Assembly: GCA_976226885.1 (NCBI GenBank)
Contig: OZ320320.1
Location: forward strand, 22,692,001-22,756,000
DNA: 64,000 nt
Direction of reading: 5' to 3'
Source: Iphione sp. A-MEVVRFRX5
Lineage: Eukaryota
Below are positions 13,901 to 25,239 of this stretch, piece by piece (positions within the stretch are counted from its first letter, which is position 1; the number at the start of each line of letters is the position of its first letter). A program made the position numbers and the translations under genes. Under the pieces are notes generated by a model, which had not been told where the DNA came from, ran no database searches, and saw nothing but the letters and a program-made list of their open reading frames with translations.

Positions 13901-16900
13901 CCAGGGAAGGCTTTCATGGGGCTTCACTACCACCAGAGGCTTCCGGAGAACTACCGGAAGTTCCTCGTCGAACCCACGCGTCCGCAGAAAGATAACTTCC
14001 AGGCGGTGTCGGCCACGGTGCGCGTCTACACCAGCACGCGACCGGAAGACGCCGAGCAACCGGTGAGGAAGTGCGTACGCAGCTTTGACCTGGAGGTCGA
14101 CGCCGACGCCGTGCATGCCTACTTTTGGGTAGAACCGGAACCAGAGCCAGAACCGGAACCCAAGAAGGAGGAGGTGAGGCTGATAATCCTATTAATGCGA
14201 CTTTAAACTTGTGCTGTGGCCCCACCTCATACACCTGTACACGTGACAGCATTGCAATGCTAAAACAGTCTTGCCTTTTTAAGTGTTGTTGACTTGACAT
14301 AATGCGATGTAGTTCAAAACAAAAAAACCCACAAGAGCAGAAGAGAGATTAATGTCTATTAATGACACAAAAGAAACTAACAGATATTTGACTTTGCTTT
14401 GATCTTTACCGTAAAAAAATGTGAATTTTTCAAACAACAGTATTGTAGAGTTCCCCCACCGCCTGTTTTATGTGTTAATGTAGAGCTCTGTACGTTTGCT
14501 CTAACGAGTTATCCCTTCATTGTGATGACGTCAGACGTCATTTTTCTCGCAATTTGTTTGGTGTGATTGACCCACTCCGCCGAATATGTCTTCTTTTTTC
14601 ACTCAGCCTGTCCGAATTCCTACGGGAGCAATGATCCAGGTGAAATGCTTATTGCCAGTCCACTGCTCCCCCTCTCGTCCCTGGCATAGGGCAGCTTTCC
14701 AACAGACTCTGGAGCAAATGTACAAACACAGTAACAACCCACAATGTAGGCAACTCAGTTAGGATTAATCAAGGACGCATTTGACCGGTCCCCTTAAGGT
14801 TGTTTTCTAAAACATAAGCAACTCGGGAAGCAAGGCAACACAAACCTCAGGCCTGGAATATCTGTCCCCGTTGTTTGTCCTCATTCCGAGTGGCTATCAC
14901 ATGTGTATTGTACACGTATAATTAGACAGCGAAATCACGTCCAGGTCAGCATGGTGTCGGGTCAGTTTTTGTAAAATTTCCATTATATGGCGCTTGTATT
15001 GTGACCTTTCTTTATCCCCACGAAATTTACGGTAATACATAAGTATCAGCGTTACAGTATTGAATGTCGTATGTGCCATCATCAAGAATACATTTGCCGA
15101 GGGTTGTTTGGAAAGTCTGCATCTACTGCCACCTTATTGAGAGACGAGAAGGAGTATTGGGTTTCGTTCCTAACTGTCAACTCTCTAAGTCACTGTCAAC
15201 TTGCACTGTCAACTGCCTTCCTTTTAAGGCTTTTGGGTTTTCTTGACCTCTGCTAAGGCTGCTTCTCTTATTTCGCAGTCTTTCAGTTTTATTTCATGGT
15301 ATTGGTCTAAACACCGATATCTTTTTCATAGGTGTTTTTAAATCACATACTTATTAAGAATTAAATTATAACAAAAACCAAGTTTAGATGGGAATATCAC
15401 AGGGTTAAATGAGAGAAGTCTCAATGTATAGTCAAACATTCATAAGAACACAAAGTAAACGGGGGACACCGCAGTTAGATAACATAAATTTTGTAAAAGC
15501 AAAACAAGTAACAGGGTGAGGAATCACTCAGACTGATACAGAAGCAGACATGAAGACTGGTCAGACAGAAAGATGAAAAAAGAGGAAGAGATAGAGACGG
15601 AGCAAGTGAGACAGAGACAGATGTAAATATCATAGCCTAGGAAGGTGGAGAGGATGAGACACACTGCACAGGAACAAAACAGAGACAGGCAGAGGCACAT
15701 ATAAAGAAAAGGAAGAGATGTAGAGAAAGAAATTGTAATATACAAAGAGGAAAAGGTGCTGCACACACATGATGGAAACTATATGGAGAGATAGCAATAG
15801 GGTAAGAGACGGGAAGGAATGACAGGGGCAGAGAGAACGGCTGGGATGGATAAGAGACAGAGATGAGGGGCAGTGAGGAGAACGAGAGCAATGAGGACGA
15901 AAGGGAATAACAAGGAATACTTGGAATATAAAGACCAGGAAGACTTCCCAGAATGGAAGCGATTCAGTAAACTCTGCCTTATCTGTGACTATTTACATGG
16001 TTATGGGACACTGTCATCTTAAACTTAACCATTATGCAGAATGCCATACTACGGGAGGGCTCCGGCTAAGTTCATTGTTATTTCATTTTTTCATTTTTAA
16101 CCCAAACATCCTTGTATGGTCAGTTACTAAGCTACCTTCATAAAGAAAAATGCATGCTATATGATAAATATGAAGGAGTACTTTGTTCTGTGGTTAAAGG
16201 TATCATCTTAAATTAGGCCTCGAGTAATGTCTATGCCTCTGGTAACTAGATCTACCCTGACTTTTCTCCGAATGGAAGTATCTTTAAAGAATGTTTTTGC
16301 CCATATCTTTAAGATGAATAAATCTAAAGACATAGTCTAAACTCCAGTTTTTTTCTTAGGTCCCTTGCTTTTATATGATATAGTTTGTTATAAATCATAG
16401 CAGCAGAAGTGGTAGTTTCAGGTTTGGAAGATATTGTCTAGCTTTTTGTGACTCCATTCACAATTAAAGAAAACACCTACATACCAACAAATAATTTTTC
16501 AGCCTGTTACCAGAAACACAGATATTTTGTTAAGGCCTAGGTCTATTGAATATGTTGAGAGACGATGGTTATGTATACATGAGTCAGAACATATGCCCAG
16601 TCATACATCACCCTCAAATACATAGAAAATGTAAAAAAAAGGGAGGTGTCTTTCAGAAGATGTCACCAGTCAAATTTGATAGTCCTTCTTCCCATGGAAC
16701 ATGTAACTTGACAATTGAAGTCATAAGACCAATTTTATCTATAAAACCAATCTTGGTTTAAACCATACTCTTAAGTACTAACCGGAAAATTATCATAGAT
16801 ACATAAGTATTGATAATTGTCGACTAAACTATTGCCTTAAACTTGATTGCCAGCGGGAGCGGGAAACTCTGATATTGTGCTATCAGTCTATGTCTATGTT

Positions 16901-17936
16901 CATTACGGTCTCTTTTCATTGACTCAAATTTCGAAATGGGAAAAATACTGGAAATGTTACATATATATGAAATAAGTATAGCTACAATTAAAATTTTGGC
17001 TATCCTACGAGTGAGATTACATTTTACCCACACACATTATTTCACCCAATTGATTTCTTAAATAATCTTTCTTATTTCTCCTCTTCTCTGCAGATCGAGC
17101 CGGAGCCTGCACCGGAACCGGAAGCGGCGCCGAAGCCGACGACACCCCGCCCGGCGGCGATGTCGGCGTCCTTCATGAGACTGACGCAGCTGAAGAAACC
17201 CGCGAGACAAAGTAAGCAATCACGTGATCGATAGGAGTGCCACCTATTGTTTAAATCCTACCACATGCCGTATTACCTGTACTGAGTATTACGTCTACAA
17301 ATTTCTGATAAAGAAGAACCTCCTATAAGAAGGTATGAGAGCGTGAAATTGACTAGTTAAATCTTAAACCTTATGCAGATATATATTCGTCTACCTTCAT
17401 ATCAACTGGAACCTCTTAGAATCCATCTCCTTCTTAAACACAAAGTGTTTGGGAAAGAAACTAGTTGAATTTTAGAGACAGTAGTGTGGTGAACACACAT
17501 CGCACAATAGGAAGATATCTGTAGTGGTTGAAACTAATTAAAAAGGATACATTTTAAAAGGACCCCTTACTTATAGGTTGTCTGTTGACTTGCAGTTATC
17601 AAAGAGTCGAAGGTGTTGACCGGTAGGAGTCTGATGACCTTGGCTCGAGAGGTCGAGCAAGGTCTGACCTTGGCCATTCACCTTGACCTCAACGACTCCA
17701 CCATTACCGGCATGGGTTTCGACGCCTTGGCGAAAGGTCTGTCGCTCATTGACATCACCTACCGGATCTTGATGCTGTGGAAGCGGAAGACGTCCAAACT
17801 CAAGGGCAAACAGGTCGACTTCCTGGTGCGTGCGCTGCAGGAAATGGGCCGCCATGACACCGCCGCCGTGGTCCTCCAGAAGCACCGGGAGAATGTGGAG
17901 CTCACGCCAGACTGCTTCGAGGTGCTCAACATATGA
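4877..17936 (+). CDS. ZU5-ZU5-(UPA-like)-Death domain protein, 9 coding exons, ~696 aa (DTHD1/PIDD1/ankyrin C-terminal-like)
   Basis: join(4877..4998,8451..8790,11044..11229,11866..12036,12603..12718,13510..14173,14607..14639,17094..17211,17596..17936) = 2091 nt, divisible by 3, all GT-AG with matching phases, ends TGA at 17934-36. ZU5 signatures GG..L....GQISVPAG and AVTVKLPH/AVTVKLPL; C-terminal death-domain pattern (LA..L.L...I...RILMLWKRK...LVRALQEMGRHD). First exon is the least certain. Confidence 0.85.
6066..6698. mobile_element. MITE-like element with 24-bp inverted termini and subterminal repeats
   Basis: CCAGATGATTGGGCCCCCAGATGA at 6066 and its exact reverse complement at 6675-6698; motif repeated about 3 times at the left end. 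Confidence 0.7.
6920..6994 (-). mobile_element. degenerate tRNA-derived SINE head
   Basis: B-box-like GGTTCGACC on minus strand; poor A box. Confidence 0.3.
8451..8790 (+). CDS. exon 2, ZU5 domain 1
   Basis: tttttacag|A ATG ATC GCA...AAACGCAGC|gtatgt; GC-rich island; MIAEISPGKKGGCFCLPFGGQISVPAG...AVTVKLPHY. Confidence 0.9.
9200..9930. repeat. inverted pair of short-unit arrays (ttgaccagt.. / ..aactggtca)
   Basis: TTGACCAGTTGA-type units on the left, GTCAACTGGTCA-type units on the right, unique spacer ~9480-9700. Confidence 0.5.
11044..11229 (+). CDS. exon 3, ZU5-1 end / ZU5-2 start
   Basis: cacag|GAG CAA GGG...GAC ATA CAG|gtgaga; EQGDEIEFEAASPGIYVVVSAP...ISVRFPKKAT, 62 codons open. Confidence 0.85.
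11219..11790 (+). repeat. 30-bp minisatellite containing the exon-3 donor
   Basis: unit gtgacatacag|gtgagactttaagatagt, ~19 copies. Confidence 0.92.
11866..12036 (+). CDS. exon 4, ZU5 domain 2
   Basis: ctccctgcag|ATC CTA...GAG GAG|gtgagt; ...EFRRAVTVKLPLPP. Confidence 0.88.
12603..12718 (+). CDS. exon 5
   Basis: gatag|TTT CCT...TCC AG|gtgagg; FPADDMTVMQLTKDGWDLVESTLKFTKATVSFDTRTLS. Confidence 0.85.
13510..14173 (+). CDS. exon 6, UPA-like region and PEPEPEP linker
   Basis: ctctag|A TAC TGT GTG...GAG GAG|gtgagg; contains ORF 13517..14206. Confidence 0.88.
14607..14639 (+). CDS. exon 7, 33-nt micro-exon PVRIPTGAMIQ
   Basis: strong pyrimidine tract ttcttttttcactcag|...ATC CAG|gtgaaa; phase 0-0, so skippable in frame. 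Confidence 0.6.
15520..15960. repeat. GA-rich low-complexity tract
   Basis: composition. Confidence 0.7.
17094..17211 (+). CDS. exon 8, Pro/Glu/Ala linker
   Basis: ctctgcag|ATC GAG CCG...CAA A|gtaagc. Confidence 0.85.
17596..17936 (+). CDS. exon 9, Death domain, stop
   Basis: ttgcag|TT ATC AAA...ATA TGA; ORF 17613..17936 shows the death-domain pattern. Confidence 0.9.
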
Positions 17937-19693
17937 GACCATATAGGGGACATAGGATGGAAGGTCACAGGAAAGTTATAGAGGGGAACACGCGGGATCT
18001 TCACTTGAAACTTTCAAAAAAATTGATAACTTGTCGTGAGAGCTGGATATTGACAGCTCCATGTCCCTGACTAAGAATCAACTAGCGATCGTTTGATTAA
18101 AGGACTCACTTTAGATTGTCCCATCCAAGGTTAACTCCGAGGATGTTGGAGAGGTATAGAGGGCCCCTCCTACAGTGAAGGTTGGTATAACATGATGATG
18201 AGGTTCAGCCAAGCTGAGTATGACCTCTGCTCTTGACAATCAAGACTGGTAGGCAGTCACCCTGTATTAAATGGAATTTGTTATCAAATGATAGCACCCG
18301 TATCTTTAGCACCAAACCTTCTATACTGTATCTTCAAGAGCTCCTGCATCTAGGAATGACTTACTCGAGCATTCTACTTACAAACAATCAAAATATTTAT
18401 TCACAAAGTGTCAGCCTGCCCTGTGTTATTGTATATGTTTAATAATGTTACGTTTGTTAGATAATGGCTGAGAACATTACTTTTGAGACTACATGTCATA
18501 AGCAGATTGCAATGTCGGTATTGATTGAAAAAAAACACCCAGAAAGATGGGGTTTTTATGAAGAAAAATAAGTTCAGATTTGTGTTAAAAGCAGAATACC
18601 ATTCTTTCACACTTAGGAAATTGAACTGTTTGGCCTTAACACTACAAGATTTATATTTATTTGTACCTGTTTCATGTGCAATGTTTTTTCTATGAGTTTT
18701 CTGGAAGAGAACAGATAATCGAAAAAATGTTAAAGGGAAGGCCAGTCCGTAAGATGATAGCATACTATTTGAACTGATTTTGGTCACATAATAAGAGATA
18801 TTCGGACATAATGAAGGAATATTTATAAGCTTCAATAGTCCTTCGGCATTGCAACACTGCTTTACTTAAGCTAATTATAACTTCACTACTGATGCGTTGG
18901 AGTAATGAAGTTTTTTTTCACATTGAATAGGTGTATTCTGTGTTGGGTGAACAGAGAAAAGGGAGGTGTTCGAATGGTGGGGTTATTTTGTGTTTATTAA
19001 ATGAGGGCTAACTATTCTTGAACTTTCAGTAAAGATAAAGGACCTAGGTCAAGGAGGATTACTGCAGAGTATCATTTAAAACAACCAGTTTAAATCTCAT
19101 ACCAGTACATGTGATGTGTAGAGAGGATGGACCGTTAATGTGGACAGTAATGATGAGAAGCAAGACACTTTGTCCGCATTTGAGAATGGTCAGTGTAGTT
19201 TCAAAGGTGACTTATGACAATACTTTAGATAAAAGCAATATGTATTATCATTATCATTCTCTTTTACATTAGTATTTCTAAATAATAAGCATTCATGTGA
19301 TGTAATGAATATCAGTTGGATATTTTGATAGAAAAACCTTTGGGACCGTCCAAACTTACCTACCTAGTTGGGTTGCCCACAACGTTAGTTGCTACCGCAC
19401 ATGTATTATTATATTTTCTATGGAAGAAACACTCCTCTTTAGGACTTTACATAAGTTATAAATACAGATGTCTTCTTTGCTGTTAAATGTTTGCATTATA
19501 CCTAGATGTTGAAAGACACATTCTAAAGAGATGTAAACACAGAGGTCACCTGCTTTGCCTGACACTCATACCTGGGATAGTTAGAAAGACATTTTGGAGA
19601 TCATAATGAAGGCCACTTCATCAGGTCTTGATATCAGGGGTCTCTACTGTTGAACCACCCAGTTGTCAGCTAAGCCGCTACAATGTGATGTGT

Positions 19694-19859
19694 CAGGCCT
19701 GTAGCCAAGGGGGGGGGGTATTGGGAGCGTCAACTGATACCCCCCCCAAAAGAATTAATGCCTACAGATATGCATAGAGGTGGTTGTCATTAGTTCCACC
19801 TCTGGGGTACTGGGAGTATTATCCAGTACCCCCAACACAACTTCCTGGCTACAGGCCTG
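19694..19859. mobile_element. MITE, CAGGCCTGTAGC family
   Basis: 14-bp perfect TIR caggcctgtagcca/tggctacaggcctg; flanks tgtgt/tgtat. Confidence 0.8.
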
Positions 19860-20651
19860 TGTATTATGAAGATAGACGGCATGATAACTTTGTCTCAATC
19901 AAAATGTTAAATCTTCTGAGTTACTTGCCGAACGCTACAGTAGATTTGTTTTGTAACGGCGTTTCTATTTGTATTTGTATGTCCAAAGCCATGTTGGATA
20001 TGGAGGTTTGTCAGATAATGGAGTGTCAGACACTGAGGGTCGATATCAAATGGTACCTTTTAAAATTAATTGCATTTTTCTAAAATTGTAATGGCCTATA
20101 ATGTATATAACTATTGTAAGCCAAACGTATGTACAATGTACTTGTTGTATGAACACACTATTGAATTATATTGTATGTATATATTTTAATCCTTAATTTA
20201 TTGACAGCAGATTCAGAGGAACAAGCAGTTCTTTGGTCTGGATTGTAGGCCAATATAAATATAAACCATCATATCACTTCATGTCTGCTATGTTTTATTC
20301 TCAGCACAAAGAAATATTCAACTACCCGTTTACAGTAAAATTGGACACCTTCTTTAATGGGGATGGATTTTGGCGGAACCAAGGCAGTTGCGTATTGTTT
20401 ATGTACCTCTCAGAGCTTTGGACTCCACCTAAATGGGGACAATTTCGCTGAGAATAAAAGGTTTCCCAAGCTCTAAGGTTCTACAACATTTCTAAACTAT
20501 ACTATACTAAATTACTTGATGCTGGGTAATAGAATTAATTGTGAAAAGAAAGGGTAAGTCGGAAATAACTGTGATATTTGTCATGTATATATATAATCAA
20601 CCATCGCCAGATAGTTGTGGCTGGATGCCAATTTCAGCTTTAATATGAAGC

Positions 20652-20657
20652 AATAAA
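20652..20657 (+). terminator. candidate poly(A) signal of the Death-domain gene (long ~2.7-kb 3' UTR)
   Basis: AATAAA followed by T-rich downstream sequence; only one of several possible signals. Confidence 0.35.
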
Positions 20658-20832
20658 CCTTGAAATGTTATCACAACTGCAATTCGTCTTTAATTTTTGC
20701 ATGAGTTGAAACGAGAAAATGGAAGTTGAGATTCTTTTCTTTTATGCATGTACGTAATATTACCCTAGGTATCCAACATATATAATACATAGGTGCAACA
20801 CAAACAACTCCCAATACCAGTTCTACACCATC

Positions 20833-20849
20833 GCTACCAGGTGGCAGCA
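20833..20849 (+). promoter_or_regulatory. CTCF-like motif between the two genes
   Basis: GCTACCAGGTGGCAGCA vs core consensus CCASYAGRKGGCRS. Confidence 0.45.
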
Positions 20850-22787
20850 CTTGGCTAGAGGCATTTACAACCTGATAACAATCTAACTGACCGATACAGT
20901 TTGGCAGGGCTATGTTAAACAGTATGAGGGCATTGTTATTTCACACCACTGGATACATTTTGATAACACAACAAGAAGAGTATATCTACTTCAAAGAGGC
21001 ACCTACAGGGTCGGAGGGGCACGACAACGGCTATTTAGATGCATAGTAGGTATCTGTTAAATAAAAAATTCGTACATGTACTTTCCTTGATGTGTAGAAC
21101 ATGCTAGACATTATTTTCATATAAAGTCTACAATTATAAGTGTTCTTAGTTAAGGAGCTTACGGAGCACAAGATCAGACAGATAGTCAGATACACAGATA
21201 TGTGTGATGACACCTGTTGTAACAGTCAACCCCCCCCCACTTCCAAGAAGGTAACCAACAACAATATTCGTTTTCTTTAGAATATAAGGAGAGAGTGTAA
21301 TGTTGAAGTTGATAATTTATTGGACTCGTTTTTATTATTTCACCCTCTATTATCTGGTATGAGTGCAAATTATTAATCTATTTACAGCACTTACTCGATC
21401 ATTCATTAGTTGATAAATTTATCAAACCTCTGTATACAGAGACTTTGTCTCTTGATTAACTCCTTTCCTAGATGCATTCTTCACAATTTTGCTGAACTTT
21501 GGTCAATTTTAGCTGGAATTATCTATATCGCAATGAAATACCATGGAGCAGGAGAGATGTGGGTAGACAGATATAAGTGTACGCTATTAGAAATCTGTGC
21601 ATGAATTAATGTAATGCAGGTCCAGGTTAATGAAATCTTATTATAGTTACCATGATACATGAAATGAATATCATCAATTCATCGATTAGAGTATCGCTAT
21701 CTAAATGGAACTGCTCATATTAAAGAAGAATCAGTGATTCTGGCATTTTATAGCAAAAATTGGACATGTCATGCGTTTTCAGCATTTTCATTCTGAGAGA
21801 ATGCACCAATGTGAACAGCTCAATAACAAGGTTGTTCATACAGTGGCCCCTCACCAGCTGGGAGAGGGAGGTGGATTGAGTATTGAAGGAAACTGTATTG
21901 TATAGGGTTTCAGTCATTTGGCTTCCATGTAAGAGATCACCCGATTACTGAGGTGACCACAGGCTCAAGGTTCATTACATTTGCTACCAAAATGTACGGA
22001 TAAGAAATATATGTCGGATATGAATGTTGTCGGGTAGCAAGGGTTACCTCTATCCGTCAAGCTGCGGTACCCCTGTATTCCAACCTGACCTGCTACAGTG
22101 GCCCCGCAATAACTGACGGCCTTGCAACTAACAATACAGCTTCGTTGCCTTTTGCGAAGCCAAACTTGCAAAAGTAGTATTAAAAAGATTTTCCAGAACT
22201 GTTAATTCCAGCATAAATGAGGATATCCGCCGCAACACAAAATGTCGGTAATAGAGGGACCACTTTACAAGGATTCCCCAGTCGCCGAGAACCGGATAAC
22301 CGACACAACTTGTATATCCGACCATGATAAATGGAATTTATCTCTTTATTTCTTAAATATAGAACAAGAAGAACCAAACGTGTCGGCAGGGAGAGGGACC
22401 GTTGTGCTTCCAAGTTGTAGTCACAGGTTTGAGAAAAAGGAGCCACTGTAAAACATTATATCGACACAGGCCGCATAGGTGTGTTCCTGCAGCTCTATGG
22501 ATTAGGAGAGAGAAGTACTTCAAGTCGTGCCAGGTCATGCATGACGATAAGCATTTACATCATTGATGCGTATCCATAGTGAGGGGCTAGTTCCACTAGC
22601 TGCCGCATGGTGTCGCGCGGGCACTGGTACAACGGAACGATGAATTATTGACCGAAGGGAGGACAATGGACAACCAAGAGTCAGCATCAGGGAAGGGAGT
22701 GTCATTCCTAGTCTCAGGATGGTTCGTAACAAGTGCTTCCTGGATGGGAGAGAAAGTTGAGTCGACCACAAGGAATTAACGGCAAAC

Positions 22788-22839
22788 ATGGGGAAAAACC
22801 TGTACGCGGCGTTCCTTCTCCTCTCATTGGCGTCTGGTG
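22788..22839 (+). CDS. aGPCR exon 1, signal peptide
   Basis: gcaaacATGG; MGKNLYAAFLLLSLASG G|gtaagt. Confidence 0.85.
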
Positions 22840-25180
22840 GTAAGTCCACATTGTCGAGGAATATAAGGTGAAAATCATTACGTTGCGATGACGAAAGAAG
22901 ACTTTTTTTAAAGATAATTATTGACTTATTGACTTGTATACCAGAAATATTTTTATACTTACTTTTCCTAGTTAAGATGTCAGCTACACGTCTGCAGGGG
23001 AGAACCCGAAAACCTGACCCTACCCCAGTTTGGAAATGTAAGAATGAAACAAACCAACCCATATACATTGTACCCTGCTGTTGTTTTTGGTGCTAAAACA
23101 TCGTGATTCATAGTTTTAAGGTGCAGGTTGTGGCGCTGCAATTAAAATAGTCATTCATGTTAATGTTATATATGTATTCTTCCTGGATATGTCATTGTTT
23201 TAGAAAGATATACAGGGAAAAATCTCCGAAATCGATCAACAATTTAATCTATCTCCTTCGTGTTTTTTCTAGTAAATATGTATTTGCTGGGATCGTAAAC
23301 TCTCTATTTAATATGTATTTTATTCAGAACAATATATCGACACAGAACTAAAACAGTACGAGGCAAACAACCCAAAAACCAAGCTGGCTCTACACCGTTT
23401 GAATTCTTTCTTTCTCCTTTGATTTAGCGATGCGCACCGTGTCTGAGTAGTATAAGAAAATGACCCTTTGCTACAGATACATAGGACCCTGTTGATGCTC
23501 AGGACGCATATAAACAAATCGGGTTTTGCTTAAGTTGAGCAAACGTACTCCCAGTGATTTCTTTTCGGTTAATATACGTAGCCAAATTTAGTTTATGTTT
23601 TCAAAATTGATCTGAATTTTCTGACACTTTTCCTACCATAACGGGTTTCATTTATTGTCACAACGGCTAACTCAAATCTAATAAAGAAGAGAAATTTAAC
23701 CAGGAACTTACAGAATTCGATGGAACCATTGCGGTTACCTATGTTTTACTTAGCCTATACAGGTACAGTAGATCCTCAGTATGGGGCCACCCCAAAACAA
23801 GGGACAATTCTTTAACTGGATCAGATTTCGCTGGAATGAAGACTTTTACTTAGAGTATATTTTTTCTCTCAGAACTGCATGCGGACACCCATTAGATAGG
23901 GCCACCTTCACTGGGAACAAGAGCTGTCCACTCAGAGACCTCCGGAAACAAAATCTGCTTTTTTATTTCAAATAACATAGATAGACTAATAGGTTTTGTG
24001 GCTAAAGGGCACTTTCGTCCACATTGAATGATATATTTTGGCCAATTAAATAATTTATTAAAAGATGTCAATTAAAACTACATGAAAACTGCTGCTTGAA
24101 ACGCATGCTTCACATGTCAAAGTTTCCCACAAGGAATTGACATAATAGAAAGTATCTACACTTACTTCCTTAACAGAGGTATACTTTGTTCATCTCCTAC
24201 CCATAAAGACGTAGTTTCCCTTAATTGAAAACTGGTGGTTGTCTAATCTTTATGAATTCATTACCTTTTACCAGCGGAGAACCAGATATTTGACAGACTA
24301 CTACCATTCGGCCCTGGAAGTGGTGATGGGAACATGTCCACACTAGGAACTGGTGATGTCTACCTGTTATCCCTGGGCTTTGATTTAACGTGGTTTGCCA
24401 ACACTCACCCCAGCCTTAAGGTAAGTGTAGGGAAATCTTTCAGTGATCAACTACACTTTTTATACATAAATTGGGTGGAACAAAATACGTCTACAGTATA
24501 GAAATGTCCAGGGGGTTCACTGCCATCATTGATCAGCTCGACATTATTGGCGGTGGTTAAGAGAAGAGCGTGCTATCTTCGACATATCAAAATGCTATAG
24601 TTACACATTTGCAGGTAACAAAATATGTATTCAATATGAACATGTACAGTTGAAACCCTATTTGTGACCACCACTTTGGACCAAGCTCAAGTGGTTGCAT
24701 TGGTGAATTTTGTTGTGAATCGATAATTGTTCAATATAGAAAACAATACTTTTGTTTCCAGTTAAATTGGTTGGAAATTGAATTCGGTCAGAAATCGATG
24801 TGGTCAGAAATAGAGTTTTCACTGTAAATGGCTCTCACAATAACCTATAATTAGCCTGATTTTGCTGGTACTGGTTAAGGATATAGGAAGACGCAGGCAT
24901 ACGGATTTGCGCTCAGTTGCCGCCTTAACCTTGTTGGTTAAATAAAGCATCCATTCATTGATTACTCAGTGAGAAATGTACATAAACCATCACAGTCAAT
25001 TTGCATATTGCTGGGTACTGTTTTATACATTCTGTTAAATCAAAGTCATGTGGCAAGTCTTATATATAGTGGAGTCTCTATTTCAAACCAGATGTCAAGT
25101 CCAAGCTCAAATGGTTGTAATGGCAAGAGTGGTCGGAAATCGATCAGTTTGGGGTCTAGGCTGGAAACAATATCCCATTC

Positions 25181-25239
<59 letters not shown>

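Noticed and set aside
13600-14300. three overlapping minus-strand ORFs
   Set aside because: Antisense shadows of the GC-rich exon 6.
22535-23068. 177-aa minus-strand ORF
   Set aside because: Antisense to the aGPCR 5' UTR and signal-peptide exon; no domain features.
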